Assembly (NCBI GenBank): GCA_947593585.1
Contig: CANQDP010000001.1
Span: forward strand, 53,381-117,380
Direction: 5' to 3'
Length of the DNA stretch: 64,000 nucleotides
Source of the DNA: an uncultured Clostridia bacterium
GTDB lineage: Bacteria > Bacillota > Clostridia > Christensenellales > UBA1242
The notes below the pieces were generated by a model. The model did no database searches and was not told where the DNA came from. It saw only the letters and a list, made by a program, of their open reading frames with translations. The translations under genes were made by a program, and so were the position numbers. This document shows positions 61,301-64,000 of this stretch, piece after piece. Each line of letters begins with the position of its first letter. The stretch's first letter is position 1.

Positions 61301-64000
61301 CGCGTTGCAGGTTTGCTTGGCAGATATGGCAGAACGGCAAACTCCACAGCAACCCCAATAGAATTGTGCTTTGTTAAGACCGCAATTGATTTAACAAGCT
61401 TGCAAGCAAACACAGTTTCCGCTGCGGGCGGTGTGGCAGAGCTATACACTAATGGCGAAGCACAAGTTAATCAGTGCGTGTTTAATGTGGCAATTCAGTG
61501 CGAAGCTGAGTCTGAAACGGGTGAAGAAGTGGACACTTGCACCATCGCATCAATTTGTGCGGGCGGCGTTGTGGCTCGTCAAGATGCTGCAAGTTCGGCA
61601 AGTGGCACAATAGTTTTAAATGAAGTTACAGTTTATGAAGATTTCATAATCGGTTCGGCTTCTTCCACAATGAGCATTTATGCAGGCGGATTTGTGGGCA
61701 AGTCGGAAGGTGAGGTGAATGCTCTTAATAGCATTGCAGGCGGAAGAATTGTGCCAATCACAAAGCAAGTTGCACCAAGTGAAACGGGCAATTATAATGT
61801 GTATGTTGGCGGGCTTGTTGGCTTATCTGCTTCCGTGTCGTTCAATAAAGCAATCAGTGCTTCAAGTTTGATTGCAGATAGCATTGCATCAAGTTCAATC
61901 AAGAGCTTGAACATTCACGCTGTGCTTGGCGGCATAGATGGTGAAGGCAGCATTGATTGCACTGAGGTTTACTATTCAAGCGACATTTCGCTCTTCCCAG
62001 AAGAACTTTGCACAGAAGCATATAACCTATCGGCAAATGTGTTGCTTCACACTAATTCTTGGCAAGAGAGTTTCATTGCGGATAGGGCATGGCAGTTGTT
62101 GGATAATAATTTGCCATACCTAATTCAAACGGATGACGAGTTGGTAAGCTATGGTGTGCTCGACCTAGACTTTGAAAATAAGATAGGCTGTTATCATGAC
62201 GGCAGTGCATTCAATCCAAGACGAATTAATCCTGGCGCGCTTAACAGTATAGGAGATGACTACACCTTCTATATTATTGAGGCAGACCCACTTCAAACTA
62301 ATTTGTTGCCGGCAGAGAAAGACTTAAATGGCGTGCTGATTGGCGGCGAGATGGAATACTCTTTAATGAAGTTAAATCCAAGTGTCGGCTTGGTGAATGA
62401 AGTGTTGAAGCACTCTGCAGTGTCCAACATCCACTTAGTGATGAAGGCAAATGACGCAAGCAGTTTCTTCGCCGCAGGTGGCGGCGCAATCGCTGGCACA
62501 AATAACGGTGCAGTGTTCAACTGCTCAGTGCAAGGCACAGGCATCACCACACAGGGCAGAGCAAACGGCTTAATTGTGGGCGCAAACCAAGGCTTTGTGG
62601 CTTACTGCTATTCGTCTGCAGAAATCATCAAACTATCTGGCAGTTTGGCAGGCATAGTGGGCACAAACCATTCAAAAATTATGTCTTGCTATTTCACAGG
62701 TTATATCGACAATCAAACGGCAGAAAATCAAGCCGCAGGCATAGTGTTGAATAATGGAGAGAATAGTTATATCTACAACTGCTATATGGCGGGGCTTATC
62801 ACAAACATCACAAACAATGCTTTCTCAGCTTCTTCAATGGTTGGAGAGGCTTCACAAGAGGGCACAATCAGCACCGGCTTTGGCGAAAACAACTATATTG
62901 ATATAAATGTTAACAAGCAAGAAGTTGAAGAAAAATTCAAACCAAGCGAAGGCTTGCCATCTGCAGAAATAACCGCTCTCAAAACGGTTGAAACTCAATT
63001 CTTGATGGCAGGCGCAGACGCTGAAAACAATCAACTTTTGGCAGGCAATTGGCTCACAACTGTCAAGTCATTTGTGAAGGATTACAATCAATATTATGTT
63101 GACCTTTATAGCTTAACTTATGGCTATAACTACTTATATCCGGTTTATAACTTCTATAAGAGAGATAGCGAAATGCAATTAAATCGCATCAACTATCAGC
63201 TCTACACCGGCACGGGCACAGACAAAGCATATATCGACCCTAACAGCAAACTATATGAGAGTGAGCATGAAGAAGCGGCAGCATTAATTTTCGATTATGA
63301 TAACGAATTGAAAGAGCCAAATTATCTTTACACTCACGCATTTAAAGTGCCTCACCTTGGCGTTTTGAAGGCCGTTCAAGGCATTGCAAACTCGGTAACG
63401 ATTGGTCCATCCGGCGAAGCAAATAATCTATTCACAAACTTCAACTATGTGCTGATATACGACCTAGATGGCACATATCGCGTAACAAATCACGAAGGCG
63501 AAATTGAGGAGCAGTATTATAGCTGGACGGGCGTCGGCTCATCTGCGCAAAATGAGGGCTCCACTCCAAATCGCTTCCATTACACAGACGCACAATTCAA
63601 CGGCTTGTTCGTTTCAAACAAATATTATGATTTCACACCTAAAAAGAGTGTGTCTAGCGAGCTTGATGACGACCCAACAGAAACAATGTGCAGGGTTGAA
63701 AATCTTAGCACACAAGGGTTGTTTGACAATATTAATGATGCATATTTTGGCAGCATCTTGTTTGGCAATATGTATGAGTTGAAAAATAGTGGTGCTCTGG
63801 GCGTTAAAGTTGATTCAAATTCAAGCAAGGTTGTGAAAATAGACAAAATTTATTTCGACAAAGAAGCGTCTTATTCGGGCGTGGCAGAAGCGGACGGATA
63901 TGTTTCCGCAATGCTTGGCTCGGTTGTGGGCAGCTCAAATGTGGAAATTTCCAATAGTGGATTTATTCAGCAGCAAAAAGACACGGCAATCAGCCTCACA
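49301..64000 (+). CDS. Giant surface lipoprotein, at least 4,900 aa, 3'-truncated by the window edge; at least five GLUG-like beta-helix modules (absent from the ORF track)
   Basis: I read the frame of ATG 49301 (SD GAGGGG at 49294-49299) by hand to base 64000 and found no stop (14,700 nt). N-terminus MKKKLFGVFTAILLFVACIGLYAC has a lipobox-like end. From about 52568 onward there are repeated module entry motifs and many GG(L/I/V)xG...N.G.I.N turns (YAGALAGINNGRIINV, FGGIVGQNNGEINMG, FGGLVGINNGIITNS, YSGGLAGTIDNTALINL, FGGIVGKGESSSIEKC). Confidence 0.85.
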   Translation, partial: MKKKLFGVFTAILLFVACIGLYACKGKYDDLQFRIFYAYTENAENWIDGTGGIDCFYGDEDGQLPIKDGSSKIYIKVVVENVKAKHVGDIFVSCRTESTGTSFNGAIVKQDEVFSVEMSGKASIVLNVREANSQKNTDVQINASYPLERMEANYDVMPALYADETLDLNQVKEQIINFYPLGQTNQLDVSFAVNSVGFFDAQNEYQRSSKTSLLLSSNAVSITNSVLRLSNYSIDLINVDNYVLEIIAKSSAVADPVTLYVYVLPSADRSVAPQVEYKNDLENAAINGPIVLYSQSGEAENNYSSATLQANANVQSPFVKGVRTKNGLVNYNIALYVDDERVDFSSSSQKVDDENGLIFENPNKEENIFTINSTSNGSIGNLLIDFRLEVNEFLFSNEHRPAKSEFFVQKGQLASGIIVGNRDLGNSRPYTNGGVYTDSIYATQGETKPIFLNLDINSPQSSSQNITAYSIDSSLRILNQNLEVVAGGSIENRSQISVNFANQTATNGSMILRVRNNPETFQGVVCEASYIDVTITITKVVAPDAFVVYRDRDFTQTINSTNRERWLYLGVGEENSFFVRAYYTGTAFDQTCVQITSSNFAFADGTTSAQLGGYLKGGVELDGDFAGKPYYDYEIKFAQINALGVSSINIVAGVNIGVEYVFTAESKMISSGEFTINELAESLDVTKVNEFVANGNKYFNYALVLDKSANFEVLGKGKDANQGFLASYVSGIHVSAVDVDLVSEHISLDAVAVDDRVLSQYNNLFKATGVASERTTMIKIAVDYYVFDGYCKLMSGENAAEIYVQFAVYTPIERFDNLNATSSLLTYVDENAFLDENLASSTVSFVAKTILGRSPSSSVWFYNPTSENLEEVKNATSVKLYTSQKTIDSTVELTYNHERIDTGAILSNDASITVRLTGGKTMDSIRIWFTALRFGQESNKSSRDVIINFRDSAKADRVEIYNGDDGDIVVEGDGINNVYVSYIDVEDDETLVNKKFYATAQYPNSNNNDYKSYRLGYRIYAVTIDGETVNEELVDTISGVEINIQDSEVSISAYKPASTGGGRYKVYIYALDNPDASNSVNLIISDGSRNNPYILSSPEDFRKIQKNLNAHYVLGADISQDNLTITGEFNGTLSGLMQQLDKNNQTYFLTHSITTRLTQSSDNDNRYLSIFQRLGEDAEISDLIVNVGIDSITNNSQANLYAGALAGINNGRIINVEVGINEIAEVQLDIGIGSIYFGGIVGQNNGEINMGNSSVNIYSLKLDLKASSGNRILVGALSGENVGEIIGNYQGKSSLDDIIYTVVANLTVKASGVELNVGGVAGSNNRNIRNMIVGGKIQVNASNSYLGGIAGEGQPASTISTSAVLALDLENTLGAAAGIVGKTNQAVINDVRVLLADANFFEVGVKSQGRIFGKTQSAGIVAQSTGSTITFASVEDFIGNENGEDFFAIQGEDTVAGLVHGSNTEIKSSFVNANLGAATSVCLTSNALNESGTYFIGKVQNFTFANQSNLTLNANTTYAILYTDENLYYKAYNSTNLVEKTMSLTSGMDIVQTSSDEAHKKYEIYGAEFRPEEGGTYELKYDLAQVYRLEGDRYVPLKETDIIHSSDQFVVLTDWETFVKDTLLASAGSWEGNTLVLSGGTTFKLDSEINSIAFKGLSLFFPFVCSVDGDKVEPFMVISPQSIQTNFNEGYVLFIKSNLLEGEIDIGSLIDAGEIKISEILLVNYFEFSNGASSSAYNTHYLINKTRMVNGSEQTLGLLDRTIEPESAQGGVKFEIVYGTNFASLSADGEQITFNGVSGTSPILLRCYSIFNPSKQSFVIFFTQSGISNLKVNSTSVEILEDTGNDPEEDVDYQFTTHSSVGRINLTLEAENLFEGQRFKTIFDSVNQFSLYKLETEMVGGDVDYLTAVPTSSPKSLVLDINDNFEGSYAEKVIKINLYLNMTQYFAGTGFFAGEEDVYHLLATVSVRVAIFKSSESITPSKEAFADIPTSDAISFEVNLQTGYTGGATQGDLSAHITESGDVEFNEVDKDSIFLSFSKGEDSTELENLMSRASVSNIAELFNFSVRFEYYNESGARGYNYTISFSLKDEYDYRFITGPVNLVLIVASTTNPAIATQPIEISFVPTNFHSARIYNYAATESQASGTAILSSSLTDTSYISPKGYGSIMVIHLDPIYSNYETISLASGADQNVPTADGPVYMMLTQLERVGGNTFQVVPNVNGDTSGRNINLNPEYFTNGIAYVHAMVSETFGGFVVPLEATLSVKVAGVEAPIEITKYLTTEFLPAVELEYDKNAMLKNDKAYFIQEDTYQNRASITLYGYEFGSSSPNISFVWNIDENSKFSYKNNSLDVIVDASGREYNIGDYVGTSSLTDVSIRANSDGSYSFDFYIHAYSNIPASFKLVANLSFIDDTENNTRELIFHPVKHLLTGAYLKESGNNFYVNMNTTRRLDLSFTTNNPNYDLSNEIYNLIINDLGGESGAQALLRHFYFVGNNIGSGYFSDENLKAFEIEISQNKIYLTGNIESESVVRFNLSYDYVLDEATGLYGLHFGAGDREIAFSFSLIIYAETTEDAPTAIYNTEQFIQMTKSGSGDYILMNDESKGEYIVLEDYEPGVADIASLDGNNRKIIINSFKITPGRTHYGLFETIGTYQNVLGETKNTILKNVIVDYSGLTDIYFTNNNMSQLVFGGLVAEVESGGLIYNCDVMNLSTSAKTVNIVVDEFSGVDITFGGLVGINNGIITNSRVGRDRYTKIRMDSRTSPVITTEYASSLTFVVGNSMSSLPTDQANAFRGTVGGFVGQNTSSGVIASSFVANTSIKNYSSRSDQTNITAGFVASNAGRVAYSYVKGASDNSSNTARALGSEVSSPTNGNVAGFVYTNTGNIENCFANIKVVTNSALSAGFVYQNMSGATITTSYSASDMDLDKDDPANNAAKQPFVGVDAADNLLSSGTITNCYYLDETGNTYDVIRQDGQGQAVAYNLDNFANANSLSGFVFIQSNRSEERNQGVWSYYSVATNAKLVLPELTTANQISHSYRYLVSSDNNTNVYANAPDFMLGSVNNPNIIRDAEEFNRVLTGVTGKDDDIEAKLKNMNGYFRLINNIDFSTASILTRTDFVLGDKSNNVVTSIEGNGMSISNISLNVLDKQGGQSATSIDKVGLFAEIDYAFIKNIDFNFGALNISDNDLSTIEITYSGGLAGTIDNTALINLSFNGTNTSIPGMNLVGGVAGLITGKSLLYGIDSNLGAISGHISGNAMYYNESEFADMRGTIGFYGNYEDYVKTMSFAGGIAGVLDLERLSNVVNNVSYITVYGNQMSARQGGNIKGIYSGGVAGYANINTRAFKLKFFVGDNTNLLGIKAVGGIYGVGLGTIIASQVTAPEFEKQFDYDKNFAAYILALEENDGASLNSDVNNIGNSTLLSSEGYAGGLIGIGISQTVESCYSKSSVDVASTFGGLMGLSIGSTIVHSYAVPYVNLDNSIITKVGGLIGKAYSIADGLNEFSEYRTYAIDVLRLNAPTNTNVEHTFSTILTDNNTLKEIIAGNVRDYTDDGTLGKLVSIEDKQIDYLCADYQDGSNVHIRSNHGKITSDNLAVFVGIVNNYAKNDVEDVIKFSAGTGKEIKKLYNLDDINQSELFYSMFEEWPAEYWTLDNTKYYPHLIKEDAENFIRIDEASDFDYLVEHPDLNYKIVKDIDMAGWESQHNWVFNVNFTGTLEGDIGLDDEGNLENPALPRVYNLHVSNADYANQTAGLFKQTQGARIRNIDFVWKPTQSSNAESAINLTQNSYMQIGGVSCDDSPSENRISLFSNLNVYVGDYVEGSEFVTCNDAYFLVKSDKNVTGFGGIVGKGESSSIEKCTFNGNVDLALGTDNDGAIYFGGLAGQIEKTSTSIAEQNRLTVRNSSVGNLENFKTKFTLSLQGYGSAYVGGAIGYAKDGSITNVFVGNVEKNEQFREVELTVSAMEDATYLGGFAGYIDNCTISSDNATTKLSISGGSSANSSDFLRVAGLLGRYGRTANSTATPIELCFVKTAIDLTSLQANTVSAAGGVAELYTNGEAQVNQCVFNVAIQCEAESETGEEVDTCTIASICAGGVVARQDAASSASGTIVLNEVTVYEDFIIGSASSTMSIYAGGFVGKSEGEVNALNSIAGGRIVPITKQVAPSETGNYNVYVGGLVGLSASVSFNKAISASSLIADSIASSSIKSLNIHAVLGGIDGEGSIDCTEVYYSSDISLFPEELCTEAYNLSANVLLHTNSWQESFIADRAWQLLDNNLPYLIQTDDELVSYGVLDLDFENKIGCYHDGSAFNPRRINPGALNSIGDDYTFYIIEADPLQTNLLPAEKDLNGVLIGGEMEYSLMKLNPSVGLVNEVLKHSAVSNIHLVMKANDASSFFAAGGGAIAGTNNGAVFNCSVQGTGITTQGRANGLIVGANQGFVAYCYSSAEIIKLSGSLAGIVGTNHSKIMSCYFTGYIDNQTAENQAAGIVLNNGENSYIYNCYMAGLITNITNNAFSASSMVGEASQEGTISTGFGENNYIDINVNKQEVEEKFKPSEGLPSAEITALKTVETQFLMAGADAENNQLLAGNWLTTVKSFVKDYNQYYVDLYSLTYGYNYLYPVYNFYKRDSEMQLNRINYQLYTGTGTDKAYIDPNSKLYESEHEEAAALIFDYDNELKEPNYLYTHAFKVPHLGVLKAVQGIANSVTIGPSGEANNLFTNFNYVLIYDLDGTYRVTNHEGEIEEQYYSWTGVGSSAQNEGSTPNRFHYTDAQFNGLFVSNKYYDFTPKKSVSSELDDDPTETMCRVENLSTQGLFDNINDAYFGSILFGNMYELKNSGALGVKVDSNSSKVVKIDKIYFDKEASYSGVAEADGYVSAMLGSVVGSSNVEISNSGFIQQQKDTAISLT

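Noticed and set aside
49250-63846. About 35 short track ORFs (e.g. 49250-49702 minus, 53930-54343 minus, 57846-58178 plus) within the last 14.7 kb
   Set aside because: All lie antisense to, or out of frame with, the continuous 4,900-codon frame starting at 49301. Their translations are low-complexity or Cys/His/Arg-rich, typical of shadow ORFs.
38468-64000. Sortase (LPXTG), SLH, choline-binding or C-terminal TM anchoring signals, and DNA-level tandem repeats or invertible-promoter inverted repeats in the giant genes
   Set aside because: I looked for these in the translations and flanks and found none. The protein repeats are divergent at the DNA level, and no recombinase gene is nearby.

Overview
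This is a low-GC chromosomal segment that looks like it comes from a spore-forming member of the Bacillota. Hand counts on a few lines give about 40% GC in coding sequence; intergenic regions are much more AT-rich. The taxonomic call rests on a gerA-type germinant receptor operon, spoIIID, a B. subtilis-style dnaB-dnaI pair and T-box regulation. Housekeeping content: nudix-GNAT-pheS-pheT behind a Phe T-box leader, rmuC, a VanW protein, rpmG-secE-nusG-(inserted ORF)-rplK-rplA, dut, an M1 peptidase, four ABC transporter genes and cysS. rpmG is too short for the supplied ORF track. The last 25.5 kb is dominated by two giant lipoprotein genes. One encodes 2,939 aa (38468-47287). The other starts at 49301, stays open for 4,900 codons to the window edge, and is missing from the ORF track because it has no stop. 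Both carry GLUG-like GG(L/I/V)xG beta-helix-type modules. Between them lie a translationally coupled SipW-type (ER/archaeal-type) signal peptidase, a small hypothetical gene and spoIIID. An AT-rich islet at 32.7-36.7 kb carries a compact candidate toxin (MuF-like C-terminal motif plus a DUF6883-like domain, interrupted by a frame break) and a tandem DUF4926-like immunity candidate. Other observations: a 68-nt internal duplication in the T-box leader; five promoters placed so that transcription would start at the ATG (leaderless architecture); helically phased A-tract arrays upstream of both giant genes and the T-box operon; and an interrupted ribosomal-protein cluster. I recognised no tRNA, rRNA, CRISPR array, transposase or integrase by eye. 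All family assignments come from reading the translations, not from database searches.
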